A stretch of 64,000 nt of DNA from Selaginella moellendorffii (Eukaryota; Plantae; Lycopodiophyta), in NCBI RefSeq assembly GCF_000143415.4, contig NW_003314279.1, positions 788,662-852,661 of the forward strand, in the 5' to 3' direction. A program made the position numbers and the translations under genes. Below, piece by piece: positions 27,101-38,544 of the stretch; position 1 is the stretch's first letter; each line of letters starts with the position of its first letter. The notes under the pieces are model-generated. The model saw only the letters and a program-made list of their open reading frames with translations. It was not told where the DNA came from and ran no database searches.

Positions 27101-29414
27101 GCCATTAAAATGTCTTGGGTAGTTACCTTCTACCAGTTTAACAAATTATCTTGCACCTTTTGCTTAGTTGCCTTATAGTTGTCAAGTCTTATAACTCATT
27201 GCTGGTGCTTCCACACCTCCATCATTGTTTTAGTCACCACACTCTACCACATGCCTTTCAGCTTAGGCTATGCCATTCCTATTTCCGTTAGGATTCCCTT
27301 TGGCAAAGGGGTTCTTATGAACCCATCAACATAACCTCAAAGTATCACACCTTGGCACATTTGGTGTCTCCACACCCTTGGCCCCACGAGCCCATCCTTA
27401 TGACACTACTTATTAGCATCTAGATTTTTGCCAAGACTAATATGGTTGTTCCTCATGCTAACTATCTGTTAGCACTGCACCATAGTGTTTGCACCCAACT
27501 TTGAGCCAAAGTTGCTTTCTTCTGGGAACATCTTTCCCACAACTTTAGTATGGCACATTCTGCCATCAATGAGATACCTACTGTTCTCATATTTGGATCT
27601 TATGATCCTCCCCATACCTCATGGGCACCATACACCTCAGTCCAAATGCTTCAACCAACCCCTTAGAATTATTCCTTGACTCTTATTTGAGTCATCCAGC
27701 TTTTTGGACTTTATCATCCGACGACTCGTGAGGTTCTACCTTTGAGGTGCTAGCTTGCCGGAATACAACTTCTTGTATTCAGGTCCCACTCACAAAGACC
27801 ATCTTTGCAAGTGTTACTCTGACACTTGATTTGTTCTCTTGGGGTAACCTTTTGCCCCTTAGGACCACTTGTCTGTGTGGTGAGAATACCAACTCATCCT
27901 CTGAGTACACCCTCAACTCCTTGGGTTGTTCTAGCATTTATTAGAGGTAGCTCCAGCTACCATTTCAAGGACTTGTGTACTTTTTCGTATTTGACCTCCC
28001 GCGGTATTACTTCTAGTCTCACATTCATGAGCACCAACCTCAACTATATGAGGATAATCTTGTGACTCCTTTATTTTTTTGGAGTCTGCATCTTTGCCAT
28101 GATCCCAACTATAGTTGTTTATCACAACTATGTTAGCCCATTTGCTACATCAAATGCTCATTTGGATCACATCCTCACTCAATGAAGAAAGCCTTATACT
28201 GTTCCTAAGATCCCAAAGTCGTTCCATCATTGGCTCTTTTCTATCCACCACCTTGCCTACAAGTTCACACGTGAACTGTAGTGGAGAGCCATGTCTTCCT
28301 GACTTGCTACTCCTCAAGGACAAGCCCACTCCTAAGACCTTCTGATACCAACACTAGTGGTGATATACTTCAGCACCAATAAAAGTCGGACTAAAGAATA
28401 GTTCCGATACCAAATTGTAAGTGACTAAATTTTTCCATTCTACTTTAGTCACTTAACCACACCTCCGACTGCTTGGAGGAGTCTCACTCACCACCTCCAT
28501 AAGTCCTATTCCGGACTTGGGGACTTGCTAGCCCCAAGAATGGCATCCGTGCCACTCGACCGTTGCACTTGGTCCAAGTGCTCCACATGTCTGGTCCCAA
28601 GACCGACACCCAAAGGTACCACTGACATATCGGCCCGTTACGCTAAGGTCATGCCCATTCACCTTGCCGCACTAGTGGTCCAATACCACTTGCATCACAA
28701 TCCCGTCTCTCCAAGACTAGGCCATCCGTCCACGAGTGGTTAACCCCGACCCACTCCTTAGCATCCTTAGAATGCCTATAGACATGGGGAATAGCCTTCC
28801 CCAATATCTTTTTGTCAGTTCCTACCTAGTCCCTTTTCGGTCCATGGCCATGTTCGCTGACAATGCCACTAGATCAAGGCCCACAAGCCCGACCACTAAG
28901 TCCCATGGTCCTCTGGGACTTCCTCACCATGTGACTGTATCCTTAGTCACTACACTAGAGGACTGTTCCTCCTCCTTTTCCTCATTTGGGACTCCGGGGC
29001 AACATTTCGGAACACCGTGGCCTTACGCGAGCCCTGTGGGTACTCTCCCCACCTTCCGCCTTTAGGTGCTCTAGCCATGGGCTTAGAGCGAGGTTCCGTT
29101 GAGCCACACCTAGTATCCAAGTAGATAGTGCCACCCACACTTGGACTGAGAGCATCGGCTAGTCGATCTCCTGGGGGAACTAGAGCCGGCTCTTGAACAC
29201 TTCACCAAGCTACCCCACTTGTCGGTCCGTATTCACTCTAGTCTTGGACTTCCCAGTGGTCAGTTCATCACCCAACACTGGGTCTGGCCTTCCTGGGCCA
29301 AACTGGCCTTTCCTGGCCAAACTGGCTCCACTGCAGTCCTCCCCCTTACTATACTTTTGGAGCTCACCAAACCCCCCAGGGTCTAGGAGACGAACGCTTT
29401 GGGCTTTCACCCTC

Positions 29415-30068
29415 TCAGACTCGAACTCGGACTCGAACTCGGACTCGGACTCGGACTCGGACTCGGACTCGGACTCGGACTCGGACTCGGACTCGGACTC
29501 GGACTCGGACTCGGACTCGGACTCGGACTCGGGCTCGGGCTCGGTCTCGGCCTCGGCCTCGGTCTCGGTCCCGGTCCCAGTCTCGGTCCCGGTCTTGGTC
29601 TTGGTCTCGGTCCCGGTCTCGGTCTCGACCTCGGACTCCATCTCGGGTCCTTCTTGGATTCCATCTCGGATTCCATCTCGGGTCCTTCTTGGATTCCATC
29701 TCAGATTCCATCTCGGACTCCATCTTGGACTCCATCTCGGGTCCATCTCGGACTCCATCTCGGACTCCGTCTTGGACTCCATCTCAGGTCCATCTCGGAC
29801 TCCATCTCGCACTCCGTCTCAGTCCATCTCGGACTCCATCTTGGACTCCACCTCAGACTCCAACTCGGGTCCATGTCGGACTCCATGTCGGACTCCATCT
29901 GGGACTCCATCTCAGACTCCATCTCGGGTCCATCTTGGACTCCACCTCGGGTCTATCTTGGACTCCATCTTGGGTCCATCTTGGACTCCATCTCGGTCCA
30001 TCTCGGACTCCATCTCAGACTCCATCTCGGGTCCATCTCAGACTCCATCTCGGGTCCATCTCGGACTC
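29415..30068 (-). repeat. LTR-A satellite (A3 5' LTR) with expanded (TCGGAC)n
   Basis: About 19 hexamer units at 29417-29530. Confidence 0.95.
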
Positions 30069-30829
30069 TTCCACATGTCATGTGTTGGTCCTTTTTGGGT
30101 CCCTTTTTGGAGCCTTGCTTATTAGTTGCCTCGTGCTCGCTTCTCGAGCACTTTGTTGGGAGTTCCACTCTCGCTCTCGACTTTCCAAGTCGGAGCTTTT
30201 AGTCCAAACGTGTTACGCTCGTTTAGCTTTCGCTTCAGCCACTACCACGTGGCACCCTTTCTGGCTCCACTTTGGGGCCTAGGGATTTTTTGTCTCACAA
30301 TACTGTGAATACAAGTAATGAGTTATACCTCATTGCAAATCATCTCTTCAAGAAGAGAAAATGATTTACATGTTTGATCCTTTGTCCTTGACAACTCTTT
30401 TTTTAGTCTCATCTTTGACTAAACCTCAAGTTTGCCTTTGCACTACCTTCAGTTCAATTCAAGAAAATTTTATAAAAGAGCATGGTAATAATTACTTGAA
30501 TCAATTGACCAATCTCTACAGTCTTGGTTGATCCACTTGTAATCATGCCTAAGAAGGATCCACTAGTGCCATACTAAATAGCTACGAATTGGCCTATTTG
30601 CCACTTATAGCAAACCCATAAAAGGTTTACTTTTTCCTATGGTATAAAGAACAACTCATAGAACCACCGATAAGCTAACATTAATCTTGTCAACTCAAAG
30701 TGTAACCTCAAATTGCTAATGTGCCTCACTCACGAGCCTAAGTGTAAACTTGTGCAAAACAATACACCTCAAATCCATCCTATGAGCCCAAGAGCAAGCT
30801 CACATCATAAGGTACACAAAACTTAGAGT

Positions 30830-31027
30830 TGTAAAACATAAATCCCTAAATCCCAAAATGGATTTGAAGATGTACCATATGGTAGTGATTGAAGTAGAAG
30901 TCTAATGAATGTAATACATTTGCACCAAAAGTTTCAACTTGAAAAGTTGAGAGTAAGAGTAAAACTCTCAAAAAAACACTTAAGGAATGAGCATGAAGCA
31001 ATTAATAAATGAATTTCTAAAAAGGGA
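30830..31027 (+). mobile_element. Heavily AT-decayed 5' fragment of a family A LTR
   Basis: Collinear with 12564-12765 (e.g. aaatcccta, atggtagtg, ccaaaag...caacttgaaaagt), mostly C>T and G>A changes. Confidence 0.8.
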
Positions 31028-31039
31028 TAAAAGAATGAT

Positions 31040-31068
31040 TCTCTCTCTCTCCCTCCCTCCCTCCCCCC
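31040..31068 (+). repeat. (CT)n(CCCT)n microsatellite
   Basis: Directly visible. Confidence 0.85.
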
Positions 31069-31119
31069 TATACACAAATTGCTATTTAATTAAATGTACA
31101 AATATTTTGTATTTTAAAA

Positions 31120-31485
31120 TGACTAATATCTTAAATCTAATAGTAGAACTTTTATATAAATAAGACTTTAAATAATACATGTAAAGTAAAATTATTAAAA
31201 TTTATCTCAATAATTGTTTATATAGAAAACTAAAAAATGCATGAGATGTATAAGAAAACAACTTCACTTAAATTAAAATAAATAACTTGACTCAAATTTA
31301 TATAAAAAATAATAAATACTTACACATGCTAGATGACTTATTAATGGATATAATTTAATAACAGTTTGGAATAGTATTATACTTTAAATTGACTGATGTC
31401 TTAAATATAAGTAGTATCATTTTATATAAATAAGTCCTTAAGTAACACATTTAAAGTAAAATGATTAAATTTAATCTCAATTATT
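31120..31485 (+). repeat. Diverged ~95 bp direct repeat (31120-31214 and 31390-31485) covering a TATA box and the lectin start codon
   Basis: gactaatatcttaaat...tttatataaataag...aaagtaaaattattaaa versus gactgatgtcttaaat...tttatataaataag...aaagtaaaatgattaaa. Confidence 0.8.
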
Positions 31486-32345
31486 TTTTTCTTTCAATTA
31501 TTTTTTCTATATACTTTAATGGAATTTTTGCTCCAAGACAACCTACAATAGGAAGAGTAAGGGTTTTTAATCCAAAAGATATGGGTAATATTATTGGAGC
31601 ATTTTATAACTTATTGCAAAGAATTGACAAAACTAAAAAGGTTTTTTATTCAACAACTTATGGAGATGAGACTGAAATAAATACTTCAAAAGGAATTGTT
31701 TCTGTTCTAATTAAGCGTAAAGATAAATGTTCAATTGAAAGCTCAAGTTCATCCATTACAGGTCATGTTTTATATAATGGTTTTATAGCTATATTAAATC
31801 CAGTTATAGATACTATAAACTTTTATTCTGCAGATTATTTTGAAAAAGAAACCAATAAATATATATTACAGTATAAACTACAATCTGTTGATTCTATTTC
31901 TTTATATACATATTCAAAGAAAAAAAGTTTTACAAATGACTACTCATTTTATTGCCATTTAAAAATTAGTATTCTATACTTCAGTGAGGCTCTTTATAGT
32001 GATAGTTTTTTAGTTTCTCCAAATGGAAAAAATATACTTATTTTAAGTATTAATTGTGAGCTTATTTTATATTCAGAAAACAAAAAAATTTGGGATAAGT
32101 CATTTTCAAATAGAAATATATTTAACTGTATTTTAAAATTGCATAATAATGGATATTTAATTTTAACACATAGAAATGAGGTTTTATGGAAATCTGATAA
32201 GTATTATAATCCTAAAGTTGAAAAATTTTTACCAACATATTTCATAGTTCAAAATGATTGTAACTTAGTTATATATAGAGCACAATTTCCAAATATAGCT
32301 ATCTGGAAATCTAATACAAATAATCACAAACTATGTAGTTTTTAA
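31461..32345 (+). CDS. Secreted protein, 294 aa: signal peptide, unknown ~140 aa domain, C-terminal bulb-type (GNA-like) mannose-binding lectin domain
   Basis: Uninterrupted ORF at roughly 20-25% GC. Hydrophobic N-terminus (YFFLSIIFSIYFNGIFA). LVSPNG, three beta-prism repeats (SINCELILY..W, HNNGYLILT..LWKS, QNDCNLVIY..IWKSNT), the last matching QxDxNxVxY. TATATAAATA ~40 bp upstream. Confidence 0.85.
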   Translation: MIKFNLNYFFLSIIFSIYFNGIFAPRQPTIGRVRVFNPKDMGNIIGAFYNLLQRIDKTKKVFYSTTYGDETEINTSKGIVSVLIKRKDKCSIESSSSSITGHVLYNGFIAILNPVIDTINFYSADYFEKETNKYILQYKLQSVDSISLYTYSKKKSFTNDYSFYCHLKISILYFSEALYSDSFLVSPNGKNILILSINCELILYSENKKIWDKSFSNRNIFNCILKLHNNGYLILTHRNEVLWKSDKYYNPKVEKFLPTYFIVQNDCNLVIYRAQFPNIAIWKSNTNNHKLCSF

Positions 32346-32454
32346 TATTTTATATGTAAAATATAAATTTATATTATGATGAATTTTAGTCATCTATTTT
32401 AATTATTATTTTGTGGTCTTTAAATTATCAAATATAAATAAATTATATGCATTT

Positions 32455-32866
32455 TCATAGAGTATATTTACCTCTCACAAACCTCAAATCTTTGGTTATA
32501 GGATTTAAATTAGTTTTTAAAGAGTAGATTTTATTAATTAGGAATTTATTAGAGTGTTCAACATAATTCCTTCCATCTTTTTTTTTTCTTATTTTTGTTT
32601 CTAGATTGGCATTTAAACCCAATGCCAAGTATCTAACAATAATTTGAATAGTCTTATATATATAACTTCCTTCAATTATTTTTAGCTCTTGATGCTCTAT
32701 AGAAATCACAATACAACTTTCATAATAGAGTTGATTTACTATGTTCTTATGTAAGTTTATGCAAAAACACAAACCATGTTATTTATTCTTCATTTTTCTT
32801 GCTCTAGATTGTTGTTTCAGAAGTAGCAAAAATATTTTTATTAATAGGATAGTGGTTTTTACATTT
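32455..32866 (-). pseudogene. Probable pseudogene of a small secreted protein, convergent with the lectin gene
   Basis: 105 open codons in very AT-rich DNA. The same frame continues upstream through one TAA (32779-32781) into KTTILLIKIFLLLLKQQSRA, which is signal-peptide-like; the nearest ATG is out of frame. Confidence 0.5.
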
Positions 32867-33841
32867 TATGGACTATGAGTGTAATATAAAGATTATGGTA
32901 ATGAAACAAAATTAACATTCTCACATTAATTTGCATTATAACTCTCACTCACAACATTTTTACTTTCCTTGCTTTCTATCTCCTCAAGAACCCTAAAAAA
33001 ACTTTGAAATGAGGGAATAGTATATAAATATATATTGCTTTGACCAATATATACTAATATTGTTTAATCAAAATGTTTCAACTTGATCATGATGCCCATC
33101 CCTGTGCCTTCTCTAGTAGCTATTTTTAACAGCTTTAGAATCAAGACCAGGATCACAAGAAGCTCAAAACTCATTATTCTTCACTAGGGCTTCAACCTAC
33201 TCCAAACACATGACTCCAAGTATCAAGTGTCGCAAATGTGATTATGGGTATTGAAAGTTATCTTTTGGCTAATCCTTTTAGATATTCTTTCTTTACTACC
33301 ACGACAACAGAAGGTTAGTATTGCTAGTTCCTTTTTTAGTCTCTTTTGTTCAAGTGTTAGTAAACTAGGCTTTGTCAGGAATCCCCCAATTCTTGCCACA
33401 TTCCTGACCTGCAGACCACATTCCTGACTCTCGAGACACTTCCCTATTCCTGACTCTCGAGATACTTCCCTATTCCTGACTCTCGAGACACTTTCCGATT
33501 CCTGAGTCTCGAGCCATATTCCTGATGATGATGTAGCGCCTCCTCGACCTCAGCTATATTTAGGCCGTCCTTGATCCAAGAGTGGTGGAGCTTCATCAAC
33601 CTATAGTATATATAGGTTAGCCTTGTTCTATTTCTCTACAATCTGAATCAACGCCAATCTAAGGCCTCTTCTTTCTTTCCACTAGCTTTTTCTCTTTGTC
33701 TTTTGGCATTTTCTAGTCTTGATCTTGTCAGGGGTCTTGACAGTTTGATTCAGATTGTGTTTTTTCATTTTTTGATTTAGCTCGTTTTGATTGTTTGATT
33801 ACCTTTGCCTTTTTTTCCCCCTTTTTTCTTTCTTCTTGCCA

Positions 33842-34813
33842 ATGGAGTCTCCAAGCCATCCTGATTTTTTTGCTGAAGTCCTTGCAAAAATCCAGTCTGA
33901 GAATACCGAGCTGAAGGCGACCCTTCTTCGCATGCAGCAGAAGCTTGCTTCACTTTCGGCTCAAGGATCCAACAAAGTTCCTGAACCGAAGGTGAGCTTC
34001 CCGGCAAAATTTTCAGGCAAGCGTTCGGAGCTTCGCGGATTCCTGAACCAGATGGAGTTGATCTTCGCACTTCAACATCGGCGGTACCCTACTCCTGAGT
34101 CTCAAATCAGCGTGATTGGGACGTTGCTCGAAGGTGCAGCTTTGTCATGGTTTTCTCCTCTTCTGGAGAAGAGCATGAAAGGGGTCGTGGTTCCAGAGCT
34201 GATGGATCTTCAATTGTTCAAAGAGAAGCTCGAAGCATGTTTTGGTGAGACGGATCGGGTTCGGGCTGCTACCACAAAGATGAGACCTCTCTCTCAGGGG
34301 TCTCGTCCTGCCTCGATCTACGCTGCAGAGTTCCAACTCCTTGCTTTGGACACTCAGTGGGATGAGCGGGCCCTGATTGACCAATTTCGTTTCGGCCTCA
34401 ACAACGGTGTCAAGGATTTGTTGCTCACCATGGAGGATCCCAAGGACCTGTCGGATGCCATCAACAAAGCTGTTTGATGTGACAATCGTCTCTTTGAACG
34501 TCATCAAGAAAGTCGCCGCGCCGCTGTTTTTCCGTCCCAGACTCAGGAATCCCAACTTGAGTCTTCGGGGCATACTCTTGAACCTACTGCTCCAGTTCCA
34601 ATGGATATTTCTGGTACTCCCCGACTCATTAGAGGGAAGTTGAGTCCTGCTGAGAAGCAACGTCGAATATCTCATAATCTTTGCCTCTATTGTGCTGATC
34701 CTAATCACAAAGCAGCTGTATGTCCCAAGAAGCCTCCTCGACTGCTCGAGTTCACTCTGCCTCAAAGTCCACCTCTATTGCAGTCAGGAAACGACCCTGT
34801 CCAAACAGAGTAG
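33842..34813 (+). pseudogene. gag: gag of C1, one premature stop at 34475 (CGA>TGA)
   Basis: P.KFSG...GFL, LLEGAALSW, PMDI and CLYCADPNHKAAVC zinc knuckle; collinear with the intact C2 gag. Confidence 0.93.
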
Positions 34814-37800
34814 GAGCTGTCTATTTGGACTCCCTGAATAAAAATCACTTTTCTTCTTTATCAAGCTCCTCACCACCTTTTATCAAAGCCACCACCAATT
34901 CCCGCAACTTTCGCATCCCATGTCTCCTTTCTTTCACCAGACAATCAGGACTCAAGGCTCTGGCGTTATTGGACTCGGGTGCAACTTCCTGCTTCATGGA
35001 CACGGACTTTGCTACCCGACATCACGTTCCTCTTTCTCCTACCATACGGGATTTGAGGGTTGAAGGCATCGGCGGGCATTTTGTGTCTCCATCTTCTGGA
35101 CTTAGGGAAATGTTGCCCGTTCGAGTACACATCGGGTCCACCGTCACCGATATCGCCTTCAACATCATCAACAGCAAGTCCTCCTCTGTGGTGCTTGGTC
35201 TTCCTTCGTTCCAACTACATCAGCCTCAGATCTGTTGGAAGGAATTACAGCTCATCTCTCCCACGGCTTCCCCTACTGTTCATCGAGTCCGAATTAGGAA
35301 AAGTTCCCTAAACTCGAATCGGGGTTCTGTTCCTGACTCTATAAAGTTTTCACCCTCTTCTTTTTCCTCTCTTCCATCTTACCCTGAACCGTATCCTCGT
35401 CTCATCAGTCCACTTAGTCGTACACCTCCTCCTATCTCCACAATCACTATGAAAGAACTCCTTCATGAAGAACCTCATTTTCTTTTTGCTTTGCATGTTT
35501 CTCCTGTCAGTCTTCCTGAGAAGTATCATGATTTTGGGGATGTGTTTGACAAGCAAAAAGCTAGTGTACTGCCTGTTCATCGGCCTTATGATTGTCCCAT
35601 TGATTTATAGGAAGGAGCGTCACCTCTGTGGGGGCCTATCTACGGGTTATCCCCGTCCGAGCTTAAGGCCCTCAAAGAGTACGTGGATGAGAACCTTGCC
35701 TTGGGGTACATTCAGCATTCGCAGTCCCCGGTTGGAGCGCCTGTCTTCTTTGTCAAGAAGAACGATGGGAGCTTGCGGCTAGTCATCGACTACCGAGGTT
35801 TGAACAAGGTGACTGTTCGGAACCGTTATCCGCTGCCCCTGATCTCGGACCTGTTGGAACGCCTCAGTGGTGCCCGCTTCTTCACCAAGATTGACCTCCA
35901 TGGAGCATACAACCTGATCCGGATCCGGCCTGGTGATGAATGGAAGACTGCATTCCGAACCCGCTATGGCCACTTCGAGTACACTGTCATGCCATTTGGC
36001 TTGACAAATGCTCCAGAAGTTTTCCAACACATGGCGAATGACGTCTTTCGGGAGTTTCTTGATCAGATGGTGATCGTCTACCTCGATGACATCCTCATCT
36101 ACTCAAAAACTTAGGAGGAGCATAACGAACATGTATGCAAGGTGCTAGCGAAGCTGCGAGAATACGGCCTATACGCGAAGCTTGAGAAATGTTCCTTTGA
36201 TCAGCAATCTGTGGAGTTCCTTGGGTACATTGTCACTCCTGAAGGTATCACGATGGATCCTGCCAAAGTCAAGACTATTCTCGAATGGGAGCCTCCACAA
36301 TCAATGTTGGACGTTCAGGTTTTCCTTGGCTTCGCCAACTTCTACCACAAATTCATTGATCACTACTCTGACATTGTCCTTCCTCTCACACATCTCACTC
36401 GCAAGGATGTTCCCTTCTCTTGGTCTGCTGCTGCCCAGCAGGCTTTCGACACACTCAAGGCGGCCTTCAATTCTGCTCCTGTCTTGATCCATGCTGATTC
36501 CTCACAACCTTTCTTCATCGAGGCTGACGCCTCTGACTTTGCCATTGGTGCTGTGCTGTCTCAACTCGGAGCGGATCACGAACTTCATCCGGTCGCTTTC
36601 CATTCTCGAAAATTCCAGCCTGCGGAGATCAATTACGAAATCCACGACAAGGAGCTCCTTGCCATCGTGGATTCCTTTGGAGAGTGGTGCCGTTTCTTGG
36701 AGGGGGCGAGCCATCAAACAACAGTCTGGACGGATCACAAAAATCTTGAGTACTTTGCCACTTCCCGAGTTTTAAGCCGTCGTCAAGCAAGGTGGGCACA
36801 ATTCCTGAGTCGGTTTGACTTTGTTATCAAGTACAGACCTAGAAAGTTTCAAGGCCTTCCTGATGCTCTTTCAAGGCGCTCCTATCTCAGTCTCAGGCCT
36901 GGTAATCCTGCCTTTGATCAACAGGATCAAGTTATCCTCGGTCCTAATCGGCTTCAAGTTATGGCAATTTCCCTGGCCCCTCAGGACTCCTCCTTGATGG
37001 ATGCAATCAGAAACGATCTTCAATCCGATGATCTCGCTAGTGACATTTTCCCCTATCTTCAAGCTGGACACCCAGTGACTCCCGATTGCCAGCGATTTGA
37101 TGAGTTCGAGTTCTTAGATGGCTTATTGTACCGTGGGGAGCAGCTTTATGTTCCTGAAGGTGATGCTCGAAGGTTGATCCTGATGGCGTGCCACGATAGC
37201 CCGACTGCTAGTCACTTCGGCATTGCAAAAACCTATGAGCTAGTTGCACGGGACTTTTGGTGGCCTCACATGGACGACTACATCAAAGCTTTTGTTACCT
37301 CCTGTGACACTTGTGCCCGGAATAAGGTACCTCGCCACCTTCCTTCAAGTTTGCTTCGTTCCCTTCCGGTCCCTTCAGGTCCTTGGGAATCCATCTCTAT
37401 GGATTTCTTGAGTGATCTTCCGAGTTCTGGAGGCTTCAACAGCATTTTAGTCATGGTGGATCACTTCACAAAGATGGCGCACTTCTTGCCATGTACCAAG
37501 GAGTTTTCGGGCGAGGACATGGCAAAACTGGTATTCAGGGAAATTTTCCGACTTCATGGGATTCCTACAGATGTGGTTTCAGATCGAGGGCCTCAGTTCA
37601 TCTCTCATTTCTGGCAACGGTTTTTGCAGCTGCTTGGAGTGAAGGCAAACCTCTCTTCGGCATATCATCCTCAAACTAATGGGCAGTCCGAGCGAACAAT
37701 TCAGACGTTGGAACAATTCTTGAGGTGCTTCATCAACTATCATCAGGATAACTGGTTCGATATCCTTCCCCTTGCTGAGTTCTCTTATAACAACTCTGTT

Positions 37801-38544
37801 CACTCCTCTCTTCGAGTTTCCCCCTTCTTTGCGAACTCTGGCCGAAATCCCCGATTCAATCTCTCACTTCCTTCTCCATCTGAATCCTCTCGTTCAAATC
37901 CCCGCTCTGAAGCATTTATCTCCAACCTCCAGGAAATCCACAACTCCATCTCCTTCCACCTCCATCATGCTCAGGAATCTCATAAAACATTTGCCAATGT
38001 CCATCGTCAGGATTGTCCCCCTTACAATATCAGGGATAAAGTCTGGCTCCTCAGGCGAAATATCTCCACCACCAGGCCCTGTCCAAAACTTGATTTCAAA
38101 CGCCTTGGTCCTTTCCCTATCATTGCCATCATTAATCCTGTCACTTATCGCCTTGCACTTCCCTCCTCATATCAAATTCACCCCGTTTTTCACTCCTCTC
38201 TCCTTGAGCCTTATATTCCCAGTCCTATTCCAAATCGGGTCATTCCTCTGCCTCCACCAGTGCAGCTCGAGGATGGGTCTGAGTACGAGGTTCAGGACAT
38301 CCTTGATTCCAAGATTTCACGGTCTAAACTCTACTATCTGGTGGACTGAAAGGGTTACGGACCTGAGGAACGCACTTGGGAACCTGCGGACAACCTGATT
38401 CATTCTCCTGACCTTGTTCAGGACTTCCACCGCCGCTATCCTTCTCGTCCCAGTCCTCATTCTTTTTCTCCATCTCCCATCCCTCGCCGCTCATCTCATC
38501 CTCCTCTTCGTTCTCGTTCACATCCTCGTTCCACTCGTTCTTGA
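34786..38544 (+). pseudogene. pol: pol of C1 (PR-RT-RNase H-IN-chromodomain), three premature stops
   Basis: LLDSGAT, YLDD, ADASD, HHCC, SDRG, chromodomain EYEVQDILD...YLVD*KGY..TWEP. Stops at 35608, ~36111 and 38347, all transitions. Confidence 0.95.

Larger units (their letters stand above)
22664..30299 (-). mobile_element. Family A copy A3. LTRs 22664-24388 (3') and 28416-30299 (5')
   Basis: TSD ATACT at 22659-22663 and 30300-30304. PBS complement gttccgatacca at 28401-28412; PPT complement after 24388. Confidence 0.95.
22015..30808 (-). mobile_element. Family B copy B2 internal region: deleted and truncated, interrupted by A3
   Basis: PPT complement directly after 22014. Matches B1 15891-16133, then jumps to B1 ~19700. 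Resumes at 30305 after A3 and ends before the PBS. Confidence 0.85.

Noticed and set aside
475-30282. Many long ORFs of SDSD, PSPS, WSPR and GLGL repeats (up to 404 aa)
   Set aside because: They are produced by the stop-poor satellite in several frames on both strands, and frames are not conserved between copies.
31080-33060. Island as an organellar or giant-virus insertion
   Set aside because: No organellar or viral hallmark gene is visible, and local AT decay offers an alternative; foreign origin is kept only as a hypothesis.
33400-33515. ~29 bp repeats in LTR C, and the LTR-A satellite, as CRISPR-like arrays
   Set aside because: Plain tandem units with no unique spacers, in a eukaryotic LTR context.
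34145-34765. Antisense ORFs over gag (206 aa here; 243 aa at 59342-60073)
   Set aside because: Shadow ORFs of a coding strand with no recognisable motifs.
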